From Spirogloea muscicola (Eukaryota), in NCBI GenBank assembly GCA_009602725.1, contig WELB01000008.1:307355-371354 (forward strand): a DNA stretch of 64,000 nucleotides, given 5' to 3'. The position numbers and the translations under genes were made by a program. The notes below the pieces were generated by a model. The model was not told the DNA's origin. It made no database searches and saw nothing but the letters and a program-made list of their open reading frames with translations. Shown here piece after piece: positions 45,293-57,457 of this stretch; within the stretch, counting starts at the first letter, position 1, and each line of letters opens with the position of its first letter.

Positions 45293-45889
45293 TAAGTAGG
45301 TGTTACAAAGTGATTATTTTACATGGCACTCGCTTAGTATGTGCTTCAGCCCTTAAGAACCTTGTTGACTTTTTCCGGGCACCACCAACTCTGCCACCTT
45401 GTTCACCAGCTCTGCCACCTTGGCGGCCGTGTTGGTCTTGAAGCTCGCCTTGTTTCGTCTCCATTGCCACTTGCACTCTAACCGCTCTGCCCCCCCCCTC
45501 TACATTATGTACCTTCCCTGTGCATACACATGTACGTGTGTGATGGGGCACACCACAGCTCTTCAGTTGTGAGTGGCAGCTACTCGTTCTCAGCAGAGCT
45601 TGCTTCTGTGATCTTGCAGCAGCCATCCACAGCTGTGGGTGAGCGATGCTCGGGCAGGGAATCAGCACAGCACGGGCAGCCCAGCGAGCCAGACGACATT
45701 CTATGACAGGCTCGCTTGCAACTGGGAGGAGGGCGGCAGCATGGCCAGGGGGGAAGTTCAAGGAGGACTTGATGAGGAGCAGGATGATGAGGATGAAGAG
45801 GGAGACTTCGAAAGCAGCGCGAAAGTGAAGGTGACGCAGCATGACGGCGGCAGCTGTGGCAATGGAGGTACCGGCGGTTGAAGCCGCGC

Positions 45890-46085
45890 CAGGAGGAGGA
45901 AAGAGAGAAGGCGCGCGGGGCGCATGAATTGAAAGGGAGGCCAATTCAAGCCAATACATTGTTCAGGCAGAGTCGAGTGCAGACTAAACAATGCTACATA
46001 ATACGGAGACCTAATCTAAGGTACCTAAGATGACATTAGTACCCACGGGTGAGCACAAACAAATCTGACAAGCTAACTTGGGGAG
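45890..46085 (-). mobile_element. CRE-like subfamily C 3' end
   Basis: [11 protein letters not shown] plus a UTR containing CTGCCTGAACAATGTATTGGCTTGAATTGGCC...GCGCGCCTTCTCTC, as at 5150, 22770 and 27697. Confidence 0.7.
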
Positions 46086-46147
46086 CTGGAGCAAAGAGCT
46101 GGAGGAAAGAGGTTGGTGGGCCCACCGGCTTGCCAGGGGCGGCCATG

Positions 46148-46654
46148 GAGCCACCAGCAAAAAGAAGATTTATTGCCTCCATGGCAGCAGCGGCAGGCAG
46201 TATGCAGTGGGGCGCCTTGGCCGTCAGCGTAAAGAGTGATCACAGCAGGCAAGCTCCCATTACTACCGTAGCAAGTCTTGAAGCCGAGGAGTGGCATGCC
46301 AATAGCCCCGGATGTTTGATGGCGGCAAGTACTGACCGGCAGAAGCGGGGCATGGCCACTGACCCGCAGTCTGTTGCAGCGCGCAAACGGCCGGAGCGCA
46401 TCAGCAAGCGCATCCAAACACTACAGCAGCTCGTGCCGTTAGGCAGCAAGATGGACACGGCGGCAATGCTTGACGAGGCGATTGATGATCACATCAAGTT
46501 TCTGCAAGCCTGCCTGCCTCGAGTGGAGGCCGCGGCCAAGGCCGCCAGCTGCCACAGCTGCGCACAGGGGTTGGCGCGCACTTTCCCCAAGAGTCGGTCA
46601 GCAGTGGGCAATGGAGCTGGAAACGGTAGTGGTGCAGAGAAAGGATTTGCTTAG
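46148..46654 (+). pseudogene. Degenerate intronless bHLH subfamily VIII (HEC/IND- or BNB-like) fragment
   Basis: [51 protein letters not shown], with R-to-P in the basic helix, G-to-L in the loop and one extra residue in helix 2. Flanked on both sides by TE fragments. Confidence 0.75.
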
Positions 46655-46905
46655 GCGAGGGGGGGAGCGGACAGCGAGTCCGCCGTGGATGAGAACGCAG
46701 AGGTAGCAGAGACATGGCGCTGGTGGAGAAGGCGGCCTTTCACAAGACGGTGGAGCTCATTCCTCAGCTCGGCCTTCACGGGCTTGCCCGGCTCCTGTCG
46801 GACTCATACCACGGGACGGTGGCGTGGTTGATTGCGCTTCCCCTTCCCGCGGCACTCACCATGCCCGACGCAGTCTTCCGCACGGCCGTTCACCGGCTCC
46901 TGGAG
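46655..46905 (+). mobile_element. CRE-like ORF fragment
   Basis: LARLLSDSYHGTVAWLIALPLPAALTMPDAVFRTAVHRLL is homologous to the start of the 57984 ORF. Confidence 0.7.
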
Positions 46906-47099
46906 AAAGGATGAACCTGAAAGTGCTGATTACAGCAGACAGGAGCAGCCCAGAGCAGGCAGTCTTTCAGGTCATGGGCCCACCGGGCGGCTCGCTTCCT
47001 GTTCTCAGTCCCAAACTATCTCGTAACACGAAGTGGCTAGCCAAGAAGTTCAAGATGACAAAGTTACTCCAATTTCAGAATGTTTGGACTGCTGTGAAG

Positions 47100-47630
47100 C
47101 CCACAGCACATTGAGGGCTATGTTGGCCCTTCTCTCGAGAGAACACTACTGGCTCAGCGATTCTTGTGGTGGATCTGTCTGATGAGGAACTGATTGGAGT
47201 CGTTGACAACTCTCTGGCAAGCTGGATCTGGCGGGAACATCTGAAGAGCAAGTTTGAAGATAGAGGAAATGATAGGGCGTACTATCTCAGCATGAGATTG
47301 CGCGAATGCAGAAAGGAGGAGGATTAGCCTATACAAGAATTTATGAACAGAGATGGAATCAATGCTTACCCTTATCGAAGAGACGAGCCAGCACATGACC
47401 TACAGTCAGATCATCCTTTGTTGACCAATTGAAGAGAGTCTTGAAGGGCATCATACTCCTGTGGAAGTCCCATCAGAAAGGAGAGGCCCTGATGTCGTGC
47501 TGGGGCCTCCTCACCAATGTCCTGCAGCTGAAGAGCCAATGATTCCACTCTGTTCACAAATTCGTATATTGGCTCATCCTCCTCCTTTCTGCATTCGCGC
47601 AATCTCATGCTGAAATAGTACGCCCTTCCT
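47100..47630. mobile_element. Two Ty1/Copia gag fragments in inverted orientation
   Basis: + copy reads AILVVDLSDEELIGVVDNSLASWIWREHLKSKFE..RAYYLSMRLRECRKEED*. - copy reads RAYYFSMRLRECRKEEDEPIYEFVNRVESLALQLQDIGE...FLMGLPQEYDAL, a UBN2/Retrotran_gag-like pattern. Confidence 0.75.
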
Positions 47631-47929
47631 GTCACGAATTGGTTTGGGACTGAGCACAGGAAGCGAGCCGCCCGGTGGGAACATGACCTAAAAAGTTTTC
47701 CTGCTCTGGGCGCTCCTGTGCCTGCGTTTGGAGCAGGAAATCTTTTGGTCAATTCTGTCCATCGCTTCTCTAGATGTGCTTGCCTTGTACTTGGCCATTT
47801 GGCCTACATTTCTTTCTAATACACGTGATTCCCCTTTTCCTGCTCCTGGGCAGCCTGGATGCGGAGCCAATGAATGAGAAGCTTGTCGATGCGACTGGAT
47901 GTCCCAGTTGGTTTGCTCGCAGGGAATAA

Positions 47930-48500
47930 GAAAAAGCTCGCCCATAGAGAAAGAAAGCGCGGCCAGATTGACTGGTGGCTGGGAAAGGCCAGCCCAAAAG
48001 AATGGACAAGGTCTGAGGGAGCTTGAGTGCGAACGACTAGGACTAAGACATCAGCCAGGGAACGCTCAGTAACCTCTAGACAGGAGATGCAGTTCCGAGT
48101 AGCTAGCTGGTGGAAAGACGTAGCCCAGACGGAAGCCGGAGGCCGCCGCCAAAGCTCGGCCTGCGCGCAAGTGAACCGCGAAGGCGAGGGACCGCTGCAT
48201 CGAGACGGCCAAACGCATACGGAACACCTGAGCGAGGGACCCGGCTACGCTGAAGCCGGGCTGCTCGCCCTGCTGCCCGAGGCGGCGGGCCGCTGCACGC
48301 CGCGCCGGGCGGTGGAGCAAGTCAAGCCATTTGGAGCCAAAGGCTCCGTGCACGTCCACTGCCAGTGGAATGAACTCGTCGCCCACCGGGTGGTCCGAGT
48401 ACTTCCGTTCCTTCTCGCCCGCCGCTTGGCCGACTGCGTAGCCCGCCTCCCATAGAAGAGAGGGGCTGGCAGAAGCCAGCCAGAAAAGAATGGACAAAAG
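47930..48500 (-). mobile_element. CRE-like subfamily B copy nested in a subfamily D terminus
   Basis: EAGYAVGQAAGEKERKYSDHP...SELHLLSRGY* is near-identical to 58506-58889. TSD CCCATAGA at 47941-47948 and 48449-48456. Confidence 0.85.
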
Positions 48501-48818
48501 CCAAAGAGCTACAGGAGAATCACTCAGGGAATGGCAGCAACGTGGTGAAGCGTTGACGACAGATGCCCTCATGCTAACACCACCTGGTGTTAGCATAGTG
48601 GCCTTCTCAGCCGCTGTGTCACTGTTGGTCACCATGCGAAGCTGCCGCAACGTGGTGAAGGCTTGCTACAAGCTATCTTATACACACAAAAAGCTTCAGG
48701 AGCACATCACCCATGTGGGCGGCGGGCACGCCGCGTCGTGCGCCGCCGATCCCTGCGCGCTTCGCGGCGGAGCCCGCGGGGCCGCGCTCCTCAGCGCTCG
48801 GCCGCCCCGCCGCCGCCG

Positions 48819-49009
48819 NNNNNNNNNNNNNNNNNNNNNNNNNNNNNNNNNNNNNNNNNNNNNNNNNNNNNNNNNNNNNNNNNNNNNNNNNNNNNNNNNN
48901 NNNNNNNNNNNNNNNNNNNNNNNNNNNNNNNNNNNNNNNNNNNNNNNNNNNNNNNNNNNNNNNNNNNNNNNNNNNNNNNNNNNNNNNNNNNNNNNNNNNN
49001 NNNNNNNNN
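48819..49009. other. Assembly gap (N run) flanked by (CCG)n
   Basis: Run of n bases with CCG repeats on both sides. Confidence 0.99.
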
Positions 49010-50583
49010 CGCCGCCGCCGCCGCCGCCGCCACCGGCGGGCCGCTGGTTCGGGCCGCCGCCGGTCCGCCTCAGCCAGCTGCCGACCTCCGTCGCCACGAA
49101 GCTCGCAGCGGCCGTGCAGGGATCCCGCCACATTTGCCATCAGAACCGCTTTGCCACATATGCCATCAGAATCGAGTTCCATTATTCCGCTCAGAGCTGG
49201 GGATTCGGGAGCCAGGGCCCTGCCTGTGCCGCACCACCAATGGCCGTCGAGTCTATCCTCGCCCTCTGCATTGCTCCGCTGACGCTGCTGTGGACGTGGA
49301 ATGCTGCTTGTGCGCAGCGCCCACCTGGGCGCCTACGAGGAGGACCACACCCCGCAGGCCGCGGCGACCTTCGTGGCGGCCTACGTCTTCATGCAGGTGC
49401 GCCTGTCTTACACCCGCTCAACTTGGTGGTCGATTATGGTTTGGCCAATTCAGTAATAAAATGTGGGTTATGGGCTATATTCTGTCCTGCTTCCGGCAAT
49501 AGGTCTCGCGCTTTTAGCGCAGAATGAAACAGTGGGCAGGCTGCCTACCTGGCCTGACTCGCCAGCCTGCCAGGGAGCCCCCTAGCTCACTGTGGTGCCG
49601 CTGGAGCTGCGGCCTCCTGGCAGACCTTTGCGCTGCCCGGAACGGCGTTCCTGGCGCTCCTGGCGGGCTCGCTGTTCGGCCAGGTGCGCGGCGTGGCGCT
49701 GGTCGTGTGCACGGCCACGCTGGGGTCGTCGTCCTCCTACCTCCTCTCGTGCCTCGTCGGCCGCCCGCTGGCCGCCTGGCTCTGGCCCGGCCGCCTCAAG
49801 GCCTTCCGGATGCAGGTCATTGCCTCCTGGACAGCTGCTGGCGTCGTCACCTGGTGCAGCAGCCGATCAGCTGCTCACTGGTGCACTCTGCCTGCGTCCA
49901 GTATTCTGTGACAGATGGTGGATGCTTCGAGTAGGTCTCGCAAATTAGCCAATAGCTATCAGCTGCTATACAAGAGCCAGCTTATCAGCTATCAGTCATC
50001 AGCTGCTGTGTGATCCACTTCCATCACTATCGCCACCCATGGGTAGTGGATGTGCTAGCCATGCTCCAGCTTTTCTGAGCCCCAACACTGTCTACCTTAC
50101 CAGGTGAAGCAGCGGCGGGCCAGCCTGCTATACTACATGCTCTTCCTACGCGTTACGCCCGCTTTCCCAAACACCTTCATCAACGTCGCATCACCCATTG
50201 TTGATGTACCATACCCAATTTTTGCCATTGGCACCTTCTTTGGCCTCATGCCCGGAGCCTTTGTTGCTGTGCGGGTGAGGTGGTCTCCATCTGTCTTAAG
50301 ACTTCTGACCAATCAATAAATCAGTCATGGCCGCGAGGCACATGCTGCAGCTATTCCTCAGCGGCATATTGCAGCTTGCTCAACCTTGTGCTGACCAAGC
50401 ATTAGGCTCTTGGCATGGCGACAGGCGGGATCCACAATTGCAGATATTCAATCCGTGTCTGACCTCTGCGACACCCAGACTTTGGCTACTCTACTTATTA
50501 TTGCTGTCGTATCTATTGCACCTACATTGCTGGCAAGGAAGGAGGTGGTCTCAAAGGAGGGGAGTGACTCAAAGTCAGAGTAA
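49010..50583 (+). CDS. TMEM41/TVP38-like VTT (SNARE-associated, DedA) membrane protein; start lies in or near the gap
   Basis: AAYVFMQ|TFALPGTAFLALLAGSLFG, ATLGSSSSYLLS, YMLFLRVTPAFPNTFINVASPIVDVP and VR|AG. Stop TAA at 50581-50583. Confidence 0.9.
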
Positions 50584-50989
50584 TCCCTTCAGCAGGAGCC
50601 TGCTCCACATGGAGGGAACTTACTAGTCAGGCCATTTGGCAGATCAAGTATATCATTTGTAGGATGTAACTCGAAGCCACTTGCCAGTCTCTCACGTGGT
50701 GCAAACTGTTGGCTGATGCCCAGAAGCTTCAGGGCAATCAATTTTGCCGTATGTATTCCCGGAGCCTATTTAAGGCTTGCCGCATTGTGCACATTAGCCA
50801 ATGATGAGCTTGCCAGCTGCTCCAATAGTATAGGTCCTTCTCGCTGGCCTTTGAAGCGGCAGCTTGTAGGAAGAGGATACTCCATTGTTCAAGTTCAACG
50901 GATCACGAGCAAATGCTCGAGGGTGTGCTGAATGTGCAAATCAGGCCTGGGCACACGTCAGTCTAGCAAAGGTGGAAGTGAGATGTCAA

Positions 50990-51492
50990 TATCAGGAGCA
51001 AGTAATGCAATGTGGCGATCAGAAGATAGAGCGCTGCGAGGAGGACCAGGCAGGTCATGTCGACGAGGCTGGCCAGTCAGAATGCAAGCGCCGAATTTCC
51101 TAGCCAGAATAGTCTGGTGTCGTCGGAGGGTCCTCCACGTCCGGCCAACGCTCCGCCCAGCTCTTGAAACATCCTGTTGCAGCTTCCTTCTGGACGACTG
51201 CAACATGGTAAATCGGGCTGATGGGAAAACCCACCCCATTTCCCTGCTCAGCATCCATCAAATCCACGAGTCATGCATTTGTTAAGAGTTGACAGTTGCC
51301 ACTTTGCAAGCATCAGCGACCTAAGCAGTCAGCAAGGCTTCACAGCTCTGTCCATCAACCACAACTTGAGTGGCTGTGAGGGCAACAAAGAGCGTCCTTC
51401 CAACTTTGAACCGCAGCTCAAGCTTCACTAGATGAGCAAAGAATACTGTGAAGGCCAGGCAAACTGTAGTGATCACCGTACAGAATATCTGC
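50990..51492 (-). pseudogene. Decayed tandem duplicate of pLGIC M1-M2 and M4 exons
   Basis: IFCTVITTVCLAFTVFFAHLVKLELRFKVGRTLFVALTATQVVVDGQ with a lost donor, and WRTLRRHQTILA..AF*LASLVDMTCLVLL with a frameshift and stop. Both parallel exons of the adjacent gene. Confidence 0.8.
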
Positions 51493-53142
51493 AGCAATTG
51501 ACAGCATGGATTACGTGTAAGTCCTCATTGTTGACTAGCTGCCAGTCAGGCATGTCAGCATGTTGGTGAATGTGCGACGCTGTTGGGGTACTTCTGTGCA
51601 GTTATCGTAGGAAGCAGCTGCGGTACTACCCGTCTGGCTTGCTCCATGCTCTATTTGTACTTACTAGCTGGCATTGCTAACGCTAAATCCAGGCTCACTT
51701 TGGCATCACTCAATGCTACTATGCCTTGTTGTATTGGGCTTATTCGACCAATATACAAGAGGGGACAGCCTAGAGTCCACTGCTAAGCTGACCCACTTAG
51801 TAAACAAGAGTCCTCGAAAGAGCTGTATCTTCAGTCATTTATTGGCTGGCTTTTAACAGCCCTCGCCCGCTTTCCGTCGCTCAGTTCACGCCTTCTTTCC
51901 TTTTGGAATAGCTGCTTCTCTCCAAGGAGCCGCAGCTCTCTCCAGCCATCCAATTTGCTTGATTAGCACCGCCATTCCAGTCTCCCTCTTTGCAGCAGAC
52001 TCTCGCTTGCGCAGCGGGATTCTCTCCCTATCCTCAGCTCATTTGACGTCCTACTGCTGACACGAAGATGCTGAGAGGACTCTATTTGCCGAGCATGCGG
52101 CTACACAACAGTGTAGATGCACTTTCATGCCCTCTGATGCACTGGCTGGCTCCGCAAGCACCCCCGAGGCCCGCCAGCTTGCAAGTTGCTGGGGGGCCTT
52201 TGCATGCCCCAATTGTCCTGCGCTGCTGTACTGATCATTGCTTGGGCTTGATCTAGCCTCTGGCCCTTGCTTTCCTGCATTCTTGTCTGCGTTGCCCCTT
52301 CAATGACATCCTATTGCTGTGGTTCCCCAGAGAACTCTCCTCCATCAATTCCGTCATCAACCTTCCCTGCATGTCCCCAAAGCGCACTTAAATCTTCACA
52401 TACATGAAGCTGCCTGCCTGCTTCTCCTCCTCCCCAAACTGCTGGGCTCAGTTCCTGACCGTGTGTGTCCTGGGCGCTGCAATTTTTCAATCCATGCAAC
52501 CTATCTTTGTGTCCCTGACGATGATTTGGGCCTCTTCCTCTCAATGCTGCAGCAGCTGTCAAATGAGCACATTTGTCAGGCTGCCAGGTTGCAGGCTTCA
52601 AGTATAACCTTCGGTTCTTGCAAATCGAGCAGCACATGTCGGAGTGGGATCGGCAGACCACTCAGCAGTGTTGGCATCCACTTGGCAGTAGCTTGTTAGA
52701 ACACTCACTGCTGCCGAGGAGAGCAGCTCAGTTTTTCCTTCAGAGGAGGGGACTTTGTCTGCTCGTGCAGACATCGCTAGCTTGCTCCTCATGGCTGTCA
52801 ACAGGGATTGCTTGATGCCTCGGGGAGCTCAAGACTGACAGCTGCTGCTAGCAGCAGCCAGCTAGACGTGCTCCTTGACGGCAGCCGGTGATCCTTTTGA
52901 CCTATTCTTGTGCTGACCCATATACCTGGCAGGACTGCATGTCATTGCTACCTCCTTTCTTGCAGGCAGGGCTGCTTAAGTAGTCTGGCACAAGCACAAC
53001 GGCCTAGCTCTGCTGCAGTAACACCAACCTCAGACATGGCCAACATTGCATACATGGCAGAGAGCTCGATATCATGAGCAAGCAGTGCTGCAAAACCTTC
53101 TCGGCCATGTTGACAGCATTCTTGGCAAAGTCGCCTCCACAA

Positions 53143-56100
53143 TCAGGAGCAGGCAAATATTAGTAGGGCACCCATGAAGTAGAGCAGTGGTAGGAGTACA
53201 AGGAAACAGGTGTCTATCAGGCTCGCTAATCGGAACGCCTGAGTCGAACTTGCAGCCAAAGACGTCTGATGCCGCCGGATGGTTCTCCATGTCGTGCTGA
53301 TGGCCGGCCCCACACTAGAGAATGTCCGCCTCAGGCTTCTGGATCTCCTCAACTTGGTGCCTTTTGCTGCGGAAGGCCCTCCTCCATCACCCTGATTGGA
53401 TAGCTGGCAATGTCAGGCACACTGCTACCTCAACTTCACATTGATCACATATGTTCTTGAGGGCTGACCTCTGCTGAGGACAAAGACCAAGGTCAACAAA
53501 TAAGAACAGCAGAAGCCTTGTTTCACATCCTGCAAGATTCACCTTGGGTTTGCTAATAGAACCACCTTCCAACTCTTGATCCTCGCCAACCAGTGGCATG
53601 CTGGCCTGCCTGGAGGTTCCACCTTGAATGCTACTGCTTGTAGCAGCATTTTCCGTTATGCCAAGCTTCTTCAGCACCTCTTTCCCAAGCCTCGTCCTCT
53701 TGACATCCTGAAGACAATTGCGCACCTAGCTAGTTTTGAGCAGGAGTTGGTTCAAAATCGTCTTGCTTGTAGACAACACAAGGAAAGATAGATAGTATTC
53801 TAGGCTCACATTATCTTCTATTGCAATAACAACAAATGTGGCTGTCCACAACAACGTATGCTGAGAAGTCAGCTGGCATACTCAGATGACCTTACAGAGC
53901 AGGGTAGCGCAGGGTCGTGGCTTGAACTGTCAGATTGATAGCATCTAAACAGAAGTGCCCTCCCACTCAGGATGTAAGGGATGCAAATGGCCTACCAGGG
54001 TAGTTATGTAGTGTACAAAGGTGCACTCGCATACAATGAGCACAATCATTATATATGATAATAACACCATCTTGTGAAAAGCTGTCAGGTAAGATGTCTT
54101 CGGCACCTGCCAGCAAAACGCCATCCTGATTGTTAGGCATGTCAGAATAGAAAATGCTACTACCAGTCATGCCACTTACATTACATCATCCTACTTCAGG
54201 CTTATTGAGCCCTAATTGAAAGCGTGATAGACCTCTCTTCTACATCAAGCAAACATGGAGCAACGACAGAAGTAGTGAGGAGTAGGTGCAGGAGTGCTGC
54301 GAGGCCATTGGTCGGCCCAAGACAGCTTCAACAACAGCCATCTTCAACTACGGGAGAAGAAGGAGCCCACTTTACTGGATGACCAACCTGTCCATTAACG
54401 ACAAATTGGGTGGCAGTAAGGGCAAGAAAAAGAGTGACTGTAGTGTTCAGCCGCAGCTCGAGCTTCACTGGGGAAGCAAAGAATGCCACAAATGCTAGGG
54501 CAACTGTAATCATAACTGGGAATATTATCTGCAAGAGAAGCAGCAAAAGAGGGTCATATTGATATATACTCCATACTTCACCTGTGTTCACAAACTAGTA
54601 ATCTTATGCACGTCACAAATGCCACAATTAGGGATACAGATAACAAAACACTTGTAATCTACCATCCCTGTGGTAAGTTTTCAGCGTGTCTGCAGAGGCC
54701 AGACAAACGCCCTAGGTTACTATATCCAATCTACTGTAGTGAAGACATGAGCATCCCAAAGTGAAACCGACTTACATTCCAGATGTAGAAGTAGCTAAGG
54801 CGCTCCACTACAATGACAATCTCGCAGGATGTGGGCTTGGTTGACAGAAGCTTGCTACAGTCCTCACTCTGGGCCTTCAGGATATCAACCAGAGGATCAT
54901 CTGCATGAGCAATGGAAAGAAGTTCAGCGAATTCGAGTGCAAATGGAAGTATGTGTCATGAAGGGTAGCCCAACTCTTATGCCTGCAAGAGAGACAGCTT
55001 CTATCAAATTCACCAGCCTGAGCGGTTCAAACTCTTCTAGCTACATCTAAAGCTGAAACAGAATCAGAGTCATGGAAGGGCCAAGCACCCTGCTCACCTG
55101 GATCAGCTTTCTGCCACAACTCTGACGCGTAGCAATCAAGTTGCGGGTCGCACTTGACATATATCTGCAATATCTTCCAGCCTGCAAGGTCATCGCTTGG
55201 GTAACTCTTGCCTGCCCCTTTGAGGCGTCGCCCAGCCACACTCAAAGCTTGATCCTTGGCAGTGATGCTTGGCACGATATAATAGTCCGAGTCTGTTGTC
55301 TGAATTTGCATGATAAGCTTCTGCTCCCATCTCGTGCAGGTGGAGAGGAGAAAAGGACAGATGGACAATTACAATCCACTCTTCCATTTCATACTGCCCA
55401 TGCAAAGGATGGCTAGCTTTCACCTCGTCCATTGCAGAAATTGCTATCTTGAGTACTTGTCTGGAGGCTGGATGCCTCCAGACAAACATCACTTTAGGTG
55501 TTTGCTGTGCTAATATTAAGTGTCTACTATGCAGATATTTGCATGCCTCCAGACAAAACATTGTGAAGGCATTTGAATGTGATCGAGACATCTATGCTGC
55601 AAGTTGAAGACATACATGTCCTCATTTGCGCTGAATCTGCTCGTGATTGCTCACCTGTCTATCAAAAGGAAAACGTTGAAAAGACAGTGGTGTTGAGAAG
55701 AGACCTGCATTCAAAGGAATGGTTGAGCTCTTTGCTGCTGTATGACTGCAAATGCATAGCTTTTCTTACATGCTGACTGCTGCCAGCTTGGTGTCAGCTT
55801 GACTAGCACCTCTATATCTCATGCAAATGTCCAAAGAGCGTTCTGCCTACTTATGCAGAATAGAAATCTCGCTTACCTTGCACCTGAGTCTGACGTATAC
55901 CAGCATTGGGCGTTGCCCCGGGATTCAGTATGTCTGCAGCAAGCAAGGAGCTACTTGATCCAGTTACTTAAGTCCGTCAGCATAGCTCCACTAAATTGAG
56001 AGACGTTCTAAAAAGAAGCTCAAATTCACAGTGCCAAGTCCTATTAAAGTTCTTCTCAAATGTTCTGCACAACCTACCTTCTACATATCGATCTTGGGAA

Positions 56101-57457
56101 TATGCAAGAACATTCCCAAATCTGAACCCAAGTACCCATATGGAATCGCAACAGACAGTCTGATCCCACGGGAAGCAGTACCTATCGCATGGGACGCTGC
56201 CAAGCCAACATGACAAGGTCATCAACAACACATCCATGATTGTCACTCCGCCTGGATGAGGCGAACAGCAGACGATTGAATGGAAGATGCCTGCTGATGT
56301 TGGAAGCTATGCAGTACTTGCAGTAGACCTGTTGACTTTCTCGGTGGCCTTGTTGCAGGTCGTATTGGTGGAGTTGAATTCCACACCATCTGTATAACTG
56401 TAGTGGTTCTCAGCAATGTAGGCTCTGCATTGTGACTGCTTGGACACGGCCATATTCTGTGTGACGACGGAACTCAGTACGAGGCCATTGATGAGCTCGT
56501 CAGCTGCAACACAGGAGCAGTCAGCCCAAAGTGAGCGCTTGGAAGTCCTGCCATAATTCCTGATCACAAGTGTGCAGAGCACAAGTTCTTGCCCAGAATT
56601 GAAGTAAAAATTGAAGTTCAGCATCTGATAAAGGTGTGAATCCCTTGTGCTTTCACCTCTAGGATCCCTCCAAGTTGTCACCACGGTCATAATGACCTCA
56701 AAACAATAATTTATTTCTGAAAGATTCACAACCAGCCGTGTGATGTTTTTTGCTGTAAATCGGTAGACCAGAACAGAACATTGTGCTGGCAGCATGAGGC
56801 TCTGTAGGCCCTGACTGCCATCCAAAATTGCAGGCATGCAAATTTGCAACCTTGGATTCTATGGATTCTAGGGCGTCCACTGCACGTTTCGTGCTCACCT
56901 CAACCTTATTGTCTAATAAGATGCAAGCATCCTGCTGGTGGTGCAAATGTGGTGCAAAAGGTGCCGTCAAGTAGTAGCACATTATGCGAATTGGACATCA
57001 CAAATTCGCTAGCGAGCATGGCTCAGCTCAGATGACCTCACCATCTACTTTGAACAGCTTCTCAAGGACAACCGACATGTACACGGGCGTCGCATTCCTG
57101 CAGTGACAGAGCAGCAGCTCGACTGAATTACTTCGCAGGCGCAGCACATGAGGCACTGCAAGCAGCAATAGGATTTCGCATGCCATCCGATTCCAGGCCG
57201 TCTCGCAATACGGAAGCACTGCAGACTCGTCGCAGGCAGCGTTCAGTGCAGATGGCGCTTCAAGTTGCACGGCCAGACGGCCTTGAGATTGGGCGGCCGA
57301 CCATACGTGGCGAGGCCGGCGCCGAAGGGGGACACGCCCTGGCCCAGCAGAGGCGTTTGCTGCTGCGAGGTGGCAGCGCCCGCGAGCGCGGCCAGCAGCG
57401 CCGCCGCACCAGCAACGCTGAGGCCGGCTGGCGGCGGCCGCCGCCGCCAGCGGTCAT
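53143..57457 (-). CDS. Cys-less (Pro-loop) pentameric ligand-gated ion channel; apparent 1-nt frameshift in exon 1
   Basis: Extracellular domain: PVYMSVVLEKLFKVD|EINYCFEVIMTVVTTWRDPR, CCDSIWVLGFRFGN, LSFQRFPFDRQ|KL (55655-55704), DDLAGWKI and VERLSYFYIWN. TM region: M1 IIFPVMITVALAFVAFF, M2 RLNTTVTLFLALTATQFVV, VPKTSYLT then M3, and M4 ASLIDTCFLVLLPLLYF. Confidence 0.88.

Noticed and set aside
48490..49527. ORFs of 279-345 aa spanning the gap
   Set aside because: They are open only because the N run contains no stops.
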